The notes: generated by a model from the letters alone, not told the origin. Shown: positions 52,886 through 62,347, counted from the stretch's first letter. The stretch: DNA of 64,000 nucleotides from an uncultured Acidobacteriaceae bacterium (GCA_963705765.1 CAVPKU010000054.1:31659-95658); one strand, 5' to 3'. Program-made: numbers and translations.

Positions 52886-55824
52886 GTCTGGATCTGCACC
52901 AGCCCGTTTCCCGGCTCGTGATAATCCGCCCGCTTCCACTTCCGCTCCACTTCCACACCGTTCTGCGGGGTCGGATGCCCCCAGCGTGAATTCGTCCGCG
53001 GCAGCGGATTCTCTCCCTGCTCGTCGAGCACCTTCATCCGCACGGAGGTTTCCTTGTACGCCGGCGTGTGCGTCTGCTTGTCGGTGTGGCTGCTCGTCAG
53101 CCGATTCACCGGCTCCGCCGTCGAGTTCATCGGCATGTACATCTCCATGCCCTTCACCCGATCCGTCACCACCGCCTGCACTCGCACCTCGCCGTAGCGC
53201 GACGTCAACTCCACCCACCTCCCGCTCTCGATGCCGCGCGCCTTCGCCAGTTCCGGCGACACCTCCACAAACGTGCACGGCGTCTTCTCCGCGATCCCCT
53301 TCGTGCGATACGTCAAATTGCCTTCATGGAAATGCTCCAGCAGCCGCCCATTATTCAAATGGAGATCGTAGTTCGCATCCGGCTGATCGGTCGGCTCGCT
53401 CCACTCCAGCGGGAAGAACTTCGCCTTCCCATCTGGAAATGCGAACTGCTTCGTATATAGCAGCGGCTGATCCGACCCGTCCGCTGCCACGGGCCACTGC
53501 AGCGTCTTGTACCCCTCCAGCCGCTCGTATGTCACGCCCGCAAACATTGGCGTCAGCGCTGCAATCTCTTCGTAGATCTCCGATGGGTGCGCGTACTTCC
53601 ACCCCGCGCCCAGCCGGTTCGCCACATCCATAATGATGTGCCAGTCGGGCCGGCTCTCCCCCAGCGGCTCAAACACCGGATACAGCCGCTGAATCCTCCG
53701 CTCTGTGCTCGTGAACGTCCCTTCCTTCTCGAGGCTCGGACACGCCGGCAGAATTACATCCGCATACCGGCACGTCTCCGAAAAGAAAATCTCCTGGATC
53801 ACCAGAAAATCAATCTTCCCCAGCGCCGCGTCCACATAGTTCGCGTTGGAATCCACCAGGCTCATCTCTTCGCCAAAGATGTACATCGCCTTCAGCTTGC
53901 CTTCGTGGATCGCGTCAATCATCTGGTGATTGTCCAGCCCCGCCTTCGGCGGCAGCGTCATGCCCCACTTCTTTTCAAACTTCGCCCGAATCTCCGCGTC
54001 CTCCACCTTCTGATATCCGGTGAAGTTGTTCGGCATCGCGCCGTGATCGCTCGCCCCCTGCACGTTGTTGTGCCCGCGCAGCGGATACGCGCCCGTTCCC
54101 GGTCGCATGTAGTTCCCCGTCGTCAGCAGCAAATTCGAAATCGCCGTCGATGTGTCCGACCCCATCGAGTGCTGCGTCACGCCCATCGCCCACAGCACGC
54201 ATACGCTCTTCGCTTCGACAATCATCCGCGCCACGCGTTCCAGCGTCTCCACCGGCACTCCCGTCCGCCGGCTCGCATATTCCATCGTGAACGGGGACAG
54301 ACTGGCCTTATACTCCTCGATCCCGTTCACCCACTGCGCCAGAAATTCCTTCTTCTCCAGACCCTGATCGAAGATCCACTTCGTCACCGCGCTCATCCAG
54401 ATCAGGTCCGTCCCCGGCTTCGGATGGATAAACACATCCGCCCGCTGCGCCATCTCATGCTTCCTCAGGTCGCTCACGATCAGCTTCTGCCCGCGCAGTT
54501 TGTGCGATTGCTTCACCCGCGTCGCCAGCACCGGATGGCTCTCGGCCGTGTTGCTGCCTACAATCACCACCAGTTCGGCCGCTTCGATATCTGTGATCGA
54601 TCCGGAATCGCCGCCGTATCCCACCGTCCGGAACAGCCCCACCGTCGCCGGCGCCTGGCAATACCGAGAGCAGTTATCCATATTGTTGGTGCCGATCACC
54701 GCTCGAGCCAGCTTCTGCATCAGATAGCTCTCTTCGTTCGTGCACTTCGACGACGACACGAACGCCAGCGCATCCGGCCCGCTCTGCGCCTTAATCTCGG
54801 TAAATCGCCGCGCCACCAGCCCCAGCGCCTCATCCCAGCTTGCTTCGCGAAACTTCCCGTTCTCGCGGATCAGCGGCGACGTCAGCCGATCCTGGCTGTT
54901 CACAAACTCCCAGCCGAACTTCCCCTTCACGCACGTCGAAATGCCGTTCGCCGCGCCGTGTTCGGGTTCTACTTTTAATATGTGGCGATCGCGCGTCCAG
55001 ACGTCGAAGCTGCACCCCACCCCGCAATAGGTGCACACCGTCTTCGTCTTTTTCGTCCGCGACTCCCGCATCGCGGCCTCGACCTCCGACAGTTGCAGGA
55101 TCGCCCCGTACCCCAGTTCCGGCTCGATGCCCTTCACCACATCGATCATTCCGTTCAGCGCAGGAACCGGCAGATCGGTAAAGTATCCGGCCTCGCCCAG
55201 CATCGACGTTTCCATCAGCGCGTTGCACGGACACACCGTGACGCAGTGTCCGCACGAAACGCAGCTCGATTCCCCAATCGGAGAGCCGCCATCCCACAGC
55301 ACCCGCGGATGCTCATCCTCCCACCGGATGCTCAGCGTTTCGTTCACCTGCACGTTCTGGCATGCCTCTACGCACCGTCCGCACAAAATGCACTGGTCCG
55401 GGTCATAACGGTAGAAAGGATTCGTGAAGTCTTTCTCGTACGGCTTCGGCTTGAATGGGATCTGCTGATGCTCAACCGCCAGCATCTTTGTGGTGTTGTG
55501 CACCGTACAGTTGCCGTTGTTGTTGTCGCAAACCGTGCAATACAGCAGGTGGTTGCCGAGGATCCGATCGAACGCCTCACGCTGTGCTTTCTGCGCCCGC
55601 GCCGACTCGGTGGCGACCTTCATTCCGTCGACGGCCGCCGTCCCGCAGGCCCGCACCAGCTTGCCGTCCACCTCGACCATGCATGTATCGCACGTCTGAA
55701 TCGGACCCATCTGCGGGTGATAACAAACCTGCGGCACCTTCGCGCCAACCCGGTTGAACACCTCAATCAGCCGCTCGCCGGTGGCGAATTCGCGGGCGAT
55801 TCCATCAATCGTTGCCTGGGGCAT
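52867..55824 (-). CDS. fdhA: formate dehydrogenase alpha subunit (2Fe-2S + 4Fe-4S + molybdopterin oxidoreductase; Cys-type)
   Basis: 985 aa. N-terminal 2Fe-2S (CYHPQMGPIQTCDTCMVEV), ferredoxin-type CILCGRCVEAC and CVSCGHCVTVCP, MopB 4Fe-4S CTYCGVGCSF. Active-site position ISTCVKGKF (Cys, with no in-frame TGA). Confidence 0.9.
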   Translation of the reverse strand: MPQATIDGIAREFATGERLIEVFNRVGAKVPQVCYHPQMGPIQTCDTCMVEVDGKLVRACGTAAVDGMKVATESARAQKAQREAFDRILGNHLLYCTVCDNNNGNCTVHNTTKMLAVEHQQIPFKPKPYEKDFTNPFYRYDPDQCILCGRCVEACQNVQVNETLSIRWEDEHPRVLWDGGSPIGESSCVSCGHCVTVCPCNALMETSMLGEAGYFTDLPVPALNGMIDVVKGIEPELGYGAILQLSEVEAAMRESRTKKTKTVCTYCGVGCSFDVWTRDRHILKVEPEHGAANGISTCVKGKFGWEFVNSQDRLTSPLIRENGKFREASWDEALGLVARRFTEIKAQSGPDALAFVSSSKCTNEESYLMQKLARAVIGTNNMDNCSRYCQAPATVGLFRTVGYGGDSGSITDIEAAELVVIVGSNTAESHPVLATRVKQSHKLRGQKLIVSDLRKHEMAQRADVFIHPKPGTDLIWMSAVTKWIFDQGLEKKEFLAQWVNGIEEYKASLSPFTMEYASRRTGVPVETLERVARMIVEAKSVCVLWAMGVTQHSMGSDTSTAISNLLLTTGNYMRPGTGAYPLRGHNNVQGASDHGAMPNNFTGYQKVEDAEIRAKFEKKWGMTLPPKAGLDNHQMIDAIHEGKLKAMYIFGEEMSLVDSNANYVDAALGKIDFLVIQEIFFSETCRYADVILPACPSLEKEGTFTSTERRIQRLYPVFEPLGESRPDWHIIMDVANRLGAGWKYAHPSEIYEEIAALTPMFAGVTYERLEGYKTLQWPVAADGSDQPLLYTKQFAFPDGKAKFFPLEWSEPTDQPDANYDLHLNNGRLLEHFHEGNLTYRTKGIAEKTPCTFVEVSPELAKARGIESGRWVELTSRYGEVRVQAVVTDRVKGMEMYMPMNSTAEPVNRLTSSHTDKQTHTPAYKETSVRMKVLDEQGENPLPRTNSRWGHPTPQNGVEVERKWKRADYHEPGNGLVQIQTAGNRE

Positions 55825-55959
55825 TCCTGAAACCTCGCTGCGGCGGACGCCATCCTACCACGGACAAGTAACAGCAAGTGTGAATGAGTCGCCGCTACCT
55901 CTTGAGATGCTCCACCCTCGGCCAGAGGCGCAGCTGAACCGAGCGAGCAGAAACCAAAG

Positions 55960-56035
55960 AGCAGGGAGCAGGAAGCAGAGAGCAGGGAGCAATCCCTAAT
56001 CGCTAATCCCTATTCCCTAATCCCTGTTCCCTGCC
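55960..56035. repeat. head-to-head heptamer arrays (AGCAGGG-type x5) + (CCCTAAT-type x6)
   Basis: AGCAGGG AGCAGGA AGCAGAG AGCAGGG AGCAAT | CCCTAAT CGCTAAT CCCTATT CCCTAAT CCCTGTT CCCTGCC. The array ends at the base before the stop codon of the VOC gene. Confidence 0.8.
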
Positions 56036-56974
56036 CTACGGCTGTCCCTCCGGCGTGGGATTCGCCGCCGTGAATTCCGAGCAGCATGGCTTCGCCGCCG
56101 CACCGAATTCCATCACCTCCACGCGCGTGTGGTCCGGATCGTAGTCGTTGAATTGCCACTTCCCGTCCCGCCCGATCTGCGGACGCGGAGCCGCATCCCC
56201 CAGCCGATCCTCGGCGTACAGCTTTGTCACCGCCGTTTCCATGTTCGTTACGCCCAGCGACAAGTGATTCAGCACGCCCAGCTGGCTCTGCGGCACATGA
56301 TCCGGCGCGCCTTCGCCGACGTACACCATGTACTCCAGCCAGTCGTGCCCGTCCGGAACCTGCTGCGATATCCAGTCCGTATGCTCGTGCATCCCTCCAT
56401 ACCAATAGGGCTGGAATCCAAGAATCGTCCGGTAGAATCCATCTTCCTTCTCGCGATCGCGGATAAACATGCCCACGTGAATAATCCGCCGCCCGATCGG
56501 ATCGGCGCCCGTCAGCGCATACAACCCCGCCGTCCCCTTGATCCCCAGCACCTTCGCCGGCGGCTCAACGAACTCCACCTTGTTCCCTTCCGGATCCTGC
56601 ACGTCGAACCACGCGCTGCCGTCGCTTCCCTTCTTCACCGCGTCCGGAACCTGAATCCCCTTCGCGCCGAGGTATGCGCGCATCTGCTCGGCGTTTTTCG
56701 TGATGTACCCCAGATGATCCAGCCGGTTCGCGCCCGCATCCGCAGGCAGCGGCAGAACCTCGACAAACTGCTCCTGGTTCACGTAATACCGGACCCCGCT
56801 GCTGTTCTCCGGATCCTCCCCCTTCTTCAACCCGATATCATGGACGTAGAACTGCTCTGTCTTCGCTGCGTCGCTCGCGTAGACCGCGATGTGCGACACC
56901 CCAATCACCGCCGGCCGCGTCTGCGCCGCGCACGTCATTCCCATCACAAATAAAGCCGCAATCGTAACTCGCAT
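56036..56974 (-). CDS. secreted VOC-family (glyoxalase/bleomycin-resistance/dioxygenase fold) protein, two tandem domains
   Basis: 312 aa. Signal peptide, then two repeats of the VOC pattern (GVSHIAVYASD...FY...LG and LNHLSLGVTNMETAV...). Confidence 0.65.
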   Translation of the reverse strand: MRVTIAALFVMGMTCAAQTRPAVIGVSHIAVYASDAAKTEQFYVHDIGLKKGEDPENSSGVRYYVNQEQFVEVLPLPADAGANRLDHLGYITKNAEQMRAYLGAKGIQVPDAVKKGSDGSAWFDVQDPEGNKVEFVEPPAKVLGIKGTAGLYALTGADPIGRRIIHVGMFIRDREKEDGFYRTILGFQPYWYGGMHEHTDWISQQVPDGHDWLEYMVYVGEGAPDHVPQSQLGVLNHLSLGVTNMETAVTKLYAEDRLGDAAPRPQIGRDGKWQFNDYDPDHTRVEVMEFGAAAKPCCSEFTAANPTPEGQP

Positions 56975-57077
56975 GAACTTCTGACCCTCCCCTCTTCGTA
57001 TCTGTGCCTACCAAGAATAACGCCAGGGCGCGCCCGGCAGAACTCTGCTCTGCCCATTTCGCCCCCGCCAAGATACT

Positions 57078-59708
57078 ATGTCCCCACGGATGAAAAACCG
57101 GACCCGGAAGAAGCCCGCATCCCCCAATCTTCTCCGCCTCTTTCTGGCTCTCTGGATCGTCGCCAGCCTCGGCTACTGGATCGCCGGCATCGTCGACATG
57201 TGGGAAACCCATGTCCACTGGGACCAGCGCGTCAACATCCCCTTCCGCTACGACTCCGATTCACGCACCATCGAGAATCGCGACCTCTCCCCTGAAGCCC
57301 ACTCCGCCGGAATTCGCGGCGGCGACCATATCGAGCAGCTCAATGGCGCGCCCTACAGCGGCCTCGCCCAGTGGTCCACCATCCTTGCCGACAGCCACCC
57401 CGGCGACATCCTCGACGTCGACGTCACCCGCCCCGACGGCTCCCACGCCACCGTCACCATCACCCTCGTCCGCCCATCCTATATATATGGGCGCCTCTCC
57501 CCGCTCTGGGCCTTCTGGAAAGACTTCCTCCTCTTTGGACTTCTCACCCTGATCTGCCTGCTCACCGGCTACTGGGTCGTTCTCTCCCGCCCCTCCGACC
57601 GCAACGCCTGGCTCACCCTCCTCCTGCTCACCTTCCCCAGCGTCGTCTTCATCAATCAGGGCCTCGCCAGCGGTGTCTCGTTCTTCCTGCGCAGCGCCTG
57701 GTATCAAACCCTGCAGCTCGCCGGCGCGCCGGCTCTGCTCCTCTTCGGTGTCTACTTCCCCGAGCGCTCCCGCATCGACGCCCGCGCCCGCTGGGTTAAA
57801 TGGATCCTCTTCGCCATTTTCGGTGTCGCTCTCTGTTTCCTCTATCCTTCCATCCTCGCGGAGTACTACTACGGCGGCGACGGCCGCTTCCTCACCCGCG
57901 CCAGCGACATCGCCGGCAACTACGTTATCAACCCCTTCAACCTCCTCTGCGTCATCCTCTATCTCGTCCTCACCCTCGACAAGCTCTTCTCCGCATCCAC
58001 AGAAGACGCCCGGCGCCGCCTCCGCGTGCTCACCACCGGCATGAGCATCGGCATGGGCGCCCTGCTCATCGTGTTCGTCCTCCTGCCCCACTTCGGCGTC
58101 ACCGGCAACACCACCGCCGGCTACTGGATCCGCACCTGCGGCGCACTACTCTTTATGCTCGCGCCCCTGACCCTCGCCTATGTCGTCGTGGTGCAGCGCG
58201 CTCTCGACGTCCGAGTCCTGCTCCGCCTCGGAACCCGCTACGCACTCGCAAAAGCCACCCTGTGGGCGCTGCAGATTGCTCTGCTCGTCGTTATCGGCAT
58301 CCGTCTCTTCCTCCCCATGATCGAGCGCCGCGTCCCCCAGCCCTCTGACATCTGGACCGCCGTGGCCTTCCTCATTGTGATCCTCGCCCTTCGCTTCGGC
58401 GTCAGCAAACGTCTGGAGCAGTGGCTCGATAAGCAGTTCTTCCGCGAGGCCTACAACGCTGAAGTCATGCTGAACGAGCTCTCCGACGAGGTCCGCCGCT
58501 TCACCGAAACCCGCCCGCTCCTTGAAACCGTCGCCCGCACCGTCTGCGATACCCTTCACATCCGCCAGATCGCCATGCTCCTTCGCCGCGGCGACTCCTT
58601 CTACGTCGAACAGGCCGTCGGCGTCGCCCCCGATGGCGCCCTCACCCTGCCCGCGCAGGCCTCCGCCATCCGCTACCTCGCCAACTCCAATGAGCCCGCC
58701 CGCCTCTATCGCGATGATCCTGACGCCTGGTACCTCATGGCCGGCGTCGCCGAGCGCCGCGCTCTCGACCTCCTCAACGCCGAACTCCTCGTGCCCCTCC
58801 CCGGCCGCAATCGCCTCATGGGCATCATGGCTCTCGGCCCCAAGCGCTCCGAAGCCGCCTGGTCCCGCACCGATCTGCAAGTGCTGCAAACCGTTGCCCG
58901 CCAAACCGGCCTCGCCCTCGAAGTCTCCGAGCTGGCCCACTCCCTCGCCGCCGAAGCCGCCCAGCGCGAACGCACCAATCGCGAAATGGAAATCGCCCGC
59001 GAGGTCCAGGAGCGTCTCTTCCCTCAGGAAATGCCCGCCATCGTCGGCGCTTCGCTCGCCGGAGCCTGCCGTGCCGCTCTCGGCGTCGGCGGCGACTACT
59101 ACGACGTCTTCAATCTCGAAGATGGCCGCCTCGGCCTCGCCATTGGCGACGTCTCCGGCAAAGGCATCTCCGCAGCACTCCTCATGGCCAGCCTCCGCGC
59201 CTCGCTTCGCGGCGTCTCCCTCAACACGCCCCGCAACTTCGCTGAGCTCATGCACAAGGTCAACGTGCTGGTCTACGAAGCCTCAGCCTCCAACCGCTAC
59301 GCCACGTTCTTCTTCGCCGCCTACGATGCCCGCACCCGCCGCCTCGAATGCGTCAACGCCGGACACAATCCGCCGCTCCTTCTCCGCAACGGTGAGGTCA
59401 TCCGCCTTGAGGCCGGTGGCCCTGTCGTCGGACTCCTCCCCTTCGCCCCGTACGCCGAGCAGGCCCTCACCCTCGAGCCCGGCGACCTCCTGCTCCTCTA
59501 CACCGACGGCATCAGCGAAGCCATGACCCACGACGACGAAGAGTGGGGAGAAGAGCGCATGATCCAGGCCGCAACCAAAGCGCGCGGTGAACACGCCGAC
59601 GACGTCCTCCGCAGCCTCTTCGCCGCCTGTGACAAATTCACTGCCGGCGCTCCGCAGCATGACGACATGACCATGCTCATCCTGAAACTGGACCCAACCG
59701 TCCATTAA
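57078..59708 (+). CDS. membrane-bound PP2C/SpoIIE-family serine phosphatase with PDZ-like, multi-TM and GAF-like regions
   Basis: 876 aa. The C-terminal PPM/SpoIIE blocks are AREVQERLFP, GGDYYDV, IGDVSGKGISAALLMA, NAGHNPPLL and LYTDGISEA. About 8 central TM segments. N-terminal PDZ-like GIRGGDHIEQLNGAP. Confidence 0.85.
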   Translation: MSPRMKNRTRKKPASPNLLRLFLALWIVASLGYWIAGIVDMWETHVHWDQRVNIPFRYDSDSRTIENRDLSPEAHSAGIRGGDHIEQLNGAPYSGLAQWSTILADSHPGDILDVDVTRPDGSHATVTITLVRPSYIYGRLSPLWAFWKDFLLFGLLTLICLLTGYWVVLSRPSDRNAWLTLLLLTFPSVVFINQGLASGVSFFLRSAWYQTLQLAGAPALLLFGVYFPERSRIDARARWVKWILFAIFGVALCFLYPSILAEYYYGGDGRFLTRASDIAGNYVINPFNLLCVILYLVLTLDKLFSASTEDARRRLRVLTTGMSIGMGALLIVFVLLPHFGVTGNTTAGYWIRTCGALLFMLAPLTLAYVVVVQRALDVRVLLRLGTRYALAKATLWALQIALLVVIGIRLFLPMIERRVPQPSDIWTAVAFLIVILALRFGVSKRLEQWLDKQFFREAYNAEVMLNELSDEVRRFTETRPLLETVARTVCDTLHIRQIAMLLRRGDSFYVEQAVGVAPDGALTLPAQASAIRYLANSNEPARLYRDDPDAWYLMAGVAERRALDLLNAELLVPLPGRNRLMGIMALGPKRSEAAWSRTDLQVLQTVARQTGLALEVSELAHSLAAEAAQRERTNREMEIAREVQERLFPQEMPAIVGASLAGACRAALGVGGDYYDVFNLEDGRLGLAIGDVSGKGISAALLMASLRASLRGVSLNTPRNFAELMHKVNVLVYEASASNRYATFFFAAYDARTRRLECVNAGHNPPLLLRNGEVIRLEAGGPVVGLLPFAPYAEQALTLEPGDLLLLYTDGISEAMTHDDEEWGEERMIQAATKARGEHADDVLRSLFAACDKFTAGAPQHDDMTMLILKLDPTVH

Positions 59709-59895
59709 AAGATCGTCATCTCGGTTTTGGTTGCCTCAGCGTTTGCTCCAAGAACTTCCGGCACCCTTCAAAAACCAACCGTCATCCTCTGCCAACGAGC
59801 AAGCGAATTCGCGCGAACCTGCGTCCTATCCGTTTGAAGCCCCGCCACCGGGGCTCTCAGGGCTGTCCGTTTTCTTCGTCGGCACGAGCACGAAG

Positions 59896-61689
59896 ATGGC
59901 AAGTCGGCGCCAACTTCTCGGCCAACGGAGGTTCTTCCCCCCGATGCACTTCCACTCCCTGGCACACGACGCCAGAGCCGAACTCATCATCCTGGTGCTG
60001 GCTGTGCTCGCTGCCCGCTGGACCTTCTGGACCCGTCAGTTTGCGCGGCTCGAAGTCCATCTCTCCCGCCTCGCGAATCGCCCGCGCCTTTGTCTTGCTC
60101 TCCTCTTTGCTTCCTCGATCGCGATCCGCCTCGCCCTTCTTCCCCTCATTCCGGTTCCCAAGCCGCTTTACCACGACGAGTTCAGCTACCTGTTCGCCGC
60201 CGACACCTTCTCCGCAGGAAGACTCACGAATCCGCTGCCCCCTGTCCCCACTGCGTTTGAGACGATCCACATCAACACCGGACCCACCTGGCAATCGATG
60301 TATCTGCCCGGCACCGGTTTGGCTCTCGCTGTCGGCGAGAAGCTCGGACTCCCGTGGATCGCCGTCCTCCTCACCACCGCGCTTTTCTGCGCCTCCATCT
60401 ACTGGATGGTCTCGGGCTGGCTGCCGCGCCGCTATGGTCTCGTCGCCGCCGCGATCGCGATGCTCCTGCTCTACAACGGCAACTGGTGGTTCGATAACTA
60501 CTTCTGTCTCGGACTACCGGCGCTGGGCGGTGCGCTCGTGCTCGGCAGCGTTCCGCGCGTCGCCCGCTCGCGCACTCTGCAGTCCACCTTGCTGCTCGGA
60601 CTCGGACTCGTGATCCTGATGCTCACGCGGCCCTACGAAGGCGTGGTCTTCAGCTTCCCGCTGGTCGTGGTGCTCCTGTGGTCGCTGCGCCGCCGTCCGT
60701 GGCAGGCCATCGCCGCTCGCGCCGCCGTGATCCTCGCGATGGTGGGATCAGCGCTGGCGTGGCTCTGCTACTACAACTACCGCGGCACCGGGCATGCACT
60801 GCTCTTCCCCTACATGCTCAACTACCGCGAGTACCACATCACCGGGCCGTTTGTGTTCTCGCGGGTGCACCCGGTTCCCCACTACGACGTCGAAGACCTG
60901 CGGCGCTTCTACCTCAACTGGGAATTCAGTCAGCTCTATCGGGTCACCCATCATCCGCTGGGCTTTCTCGCGACCAAGATCGAGGTCTACTACCAGTACT
61001 TCCTCTTCGGGTTTGGCGCGCTGCTGTTGGTCGGGCTCGGGTTCCTGATGTTGCGGAGCCTGCGCCGCCGCCGCATCCGCCTGCTGGCCGCGCCGTTGCT
61101 CGCCTTCGCCGCCTTCGCTATTGAGATCCTCATCATGGGGTGGTATCCGTTCCCGCAGTATGGAGCGGCGGCCTCGTCACTGTTCTTCCTGCTGATCGCC
61201 TTCGGCCTCTACGGACTGCGCCGCGTCCAGATGCCGCGGCGGAGCTGGTTGCGGTGGAGCCCGAACGGGGTCGCGCTCTCTCGCGGCGTGGCCTTCGCCG
61301 AACTCGTCATGGCGGTCAGCATCTTCTGGAAGGTCTGGCTTTTCGCCTCCGTGCCGCCCATCCCGCTCAATGCCTCGGTCGAACGGCCTCGCATCGAAGG
61401 TATCCTGGAGCGGCAGCCGGGCCGCCAGCTGTGTCTTGTCCGTTATGCTGCCGATCATGTCCCGCGCGAGGAGTGGATCTTCAATCAGCCCAACCTCGGC
61501 AACGCGGACATCGTGTGGGCGCGCAGCCTGACGCCGGAGACCGATGAGAAGCTGATCGCGTCGTTCCCGAACCGCCGCGTGTGGCTGCTGCAGCCCGATC
61601 GCGACGATGCCGATGAGCTGACCCGGTACCCCGGCACACAGGAAGAGATGGCTCGCCTGACGCAGGCGCCGATGCCCGGCGGGCGGTAG
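59896..61689 (+). CDS. large polytopic membrane protein, possibly GT-C-fold glycosyltransferase-like (hypothetical)
   Basis: The start is uncertain (ATG 59896 or 59944; the ORF-track frame starts at 59731). About 11 TM. The first loop has YHDEFSY (an acidic motif as in ArnT/PMT-type enzymes). Soluble C-terminal domain of about 110 aa. Confidence 0.45.
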   Translation: MASRRQLLGQRRFFPPMHFHSLAHDARAELIILVLAVLAARWTFWTRQFARLEVHLSRLANRPRLCLALLFASSIAIRLALLPLIPVPKPLYHDEFSYLFAADTFSAGRLTNPLPPVPTAFETIHINTGPTWQSMYLPGTGLALAVGEKLGLPWIAVLLTTALFCASIYWMVSGWLPRRYGLVAAAIAMLLLYNGNWWFDNYFCLGLPALGGALVLGSVPRVARSRTLQSTLLLGLGLVILMLTRPYEGVVFSFPLVVVLLWSLRRRPWQAIAARAAVILAMVGSALAWLCYYNYRGTGHALLFPYMLNYREYHITGPFVFSRVHPVPHYDVEDLRRFYLNWEFSQLYRVTHHPLGFLATKIEVYYQYFLFGFGALLLVGLGFLMLRSLRRRRIRLLAAPLLAFAAFAIEILIMGWYPFPQYGAAASSLFFLLIAFGLYGLRRVQMPRRSWLRWSPNGVALSRGVAFAELVMAVSIFWKVWLFASVPPIPLNASVERPRIEGILERQPGRQLCLVRYAADHVPREEWIFNQPNLGNADIVWARSLTPETDEKLIASFPNRRVWLLQPDRDDADELTRYPGTQEEMARLTQAPMPGGR

Positions 61690-61694
61690 CGGAA

Positions 61695-61710
61695 GGGGGG
61701 GTAACCCCCC
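61695..61710. other. GGGGGGG-TAA-CCCCCC hairpin directly after the stop codon
   Basis: Perfect G/C homopolymer palindrome 6 nt after TAG 61687-61689. Confidence 0.5.
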
Positions 61711-61756
61711 GGGAAGTCGTTGATTCTATGGGATTGGGTTGGCGGGGAGGGGCTAT

Positions 61757-61778
61757 CTATTAACTTTTGAGTTAATAG
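61757..61778. promoter_or_regulatory. AT-rich perfect palindrome CTATTAAC-N6-GTTAATAG
   Basis: An 8-bp inverted repeat, operator-like, inside the long non-coding region. Confidence 0.3.
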
Positions 61779-61791
61779 AAATCGACCTCAC

Positions 61792-61844
61792 GTTCGATCC
61801 TGCGAGTGCGCCTCTCGGGGCGGGCGCATCGCGCAGGATCGAAC
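61792..61844. other. long hairpin (13-bp perfect outer stem GTTCGATCCTGCG / CGCAGGATCGAAC plus 6-bp inner stem)
   Basis: The inner stem pairs TGCGCC with GGCGCA, and the loop is about 10 nt. The arm resembles a tRNA T-arm sequence, but no cloverleaf can be drawn. Confidence 0.6.
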
Positions 61845-61876
61845 AAGGAAGCGCCTATGGCGCGACGTCTTTTTTC

Positions 61877-61910
61877 GGCACGGCTCAAGCCGTGCCCCTT
61901 CACGTTTCCG
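61877..61910. repeat. REP-like element copy: GGCACGGCT-CA-AGCCGTGCC + CCTTCACGTTTCCG
   Basis: A 9-bp palindrome followed by the same CCCCTTCAC(G/T)TTTC(C/G)GTGC tail found at 63351-63376. Confidence 0.55.
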
Positions 61911-62039
61911 TGCCACGGGGAAGATCCGATGCCTGGCAGGAGCAGGGGCTGAAGCCCGGCTATTTTGGGTATGTTGTTGGCACGACCGAGGTTCGAGCCC
62001 TGATATAACGGCGGCCTGTTGAGGTTCTTTATTACCACT

Positions 62040-62068
62040 CTGGTTGCGCCCAACACAGGCGCAACCAG
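62040..62068. other. perfect 11-bp stem hairpin CTGGTTGCGCC-CAACACA-GGCGCAACCAG
   Basis: Seen directly. Lies in a non-coding region. Confidence 0.6.
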
Positions 62069-62155
62069 ATGGGAACACCCGTTGAGTCGTGCGGCGATTG
62101 AGAGGCGGCCGGAACGAGTCGGCGGTTTGGCAGAGGGCAGAAACGCGCCGATTTC

Positions 62156-62182
62156 GCCGACCTTGGGTTGTCGGTATTTTTT
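62156..62182 (+). terminator. weak terminator-like hairpin (CCGAC-N8-GTCGG) + TATTTTTT
   Basis: A 5-6 bp stem followed by a T6 run. Confidence 0.4.
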
Positions 62183-62317
62183 GTCAAGGGTTTGTGGAAA
62201 AAACCAAAGTCATGACAATTGACTTAGAAGGAGTTACACGCCAGGTTAGGCGCAAATAGTTGGCGCTGTTATTTTTCTAACATGATATTCTGAACTTATA
62301 GGGTTGAAAAAGAAATG

Positions 62318-62347
62318 AAGCTCGCCTTGCGCGGGCTTTTCCTTTTT
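62318..62347 (+). terminator. terminator-like hairpin AAGCTCGC-CTTGC-GCGGGCTT + TTCCTTTTT
   Basis: An 8-bp stem (one G-U pair) followed by a T-rich tract, in an AT-rich stretch. Confidence 0.5.

Noticed and set aside
52867-55824. Selenocysteine (in-frame TGA plus SECIS) in the formate dehydrogenase.
   Set aside because: The ORF is uninterrupted, and the position equivalent to Sec/Cys reads Cys (ISTCVKGKF).
51149-59526. Long ORFs antisense to or overlapping fdhA, the OFA carrier, the VOC gene and the SpoIIE phosphatase (51149-52354, 52479-53633, 53587-54978, 54982-55830, 56129-56953, 57261-58091, 58146-59255, 58522-59526).
   Set aside because: The reasoning is the same. They show compositional artefacts (poly-Arg/Pro/Ser/Ala), have no motifs, and are fully nested in confidently identified genes.
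61792-62003. tRNA- or tmRNA-like fragments (GTTCGATCCTGCG at 61792-61804; GAGGTTCGAGCCCTG at 61989-62003), possibly att-site remnants.
   Set aside because: No acceptor, D or anticodon arms can be drawn and the T-stem pairing is missing. No integrase or direct-repeat partner is in the window. They are treated only as hairpin/REP components.
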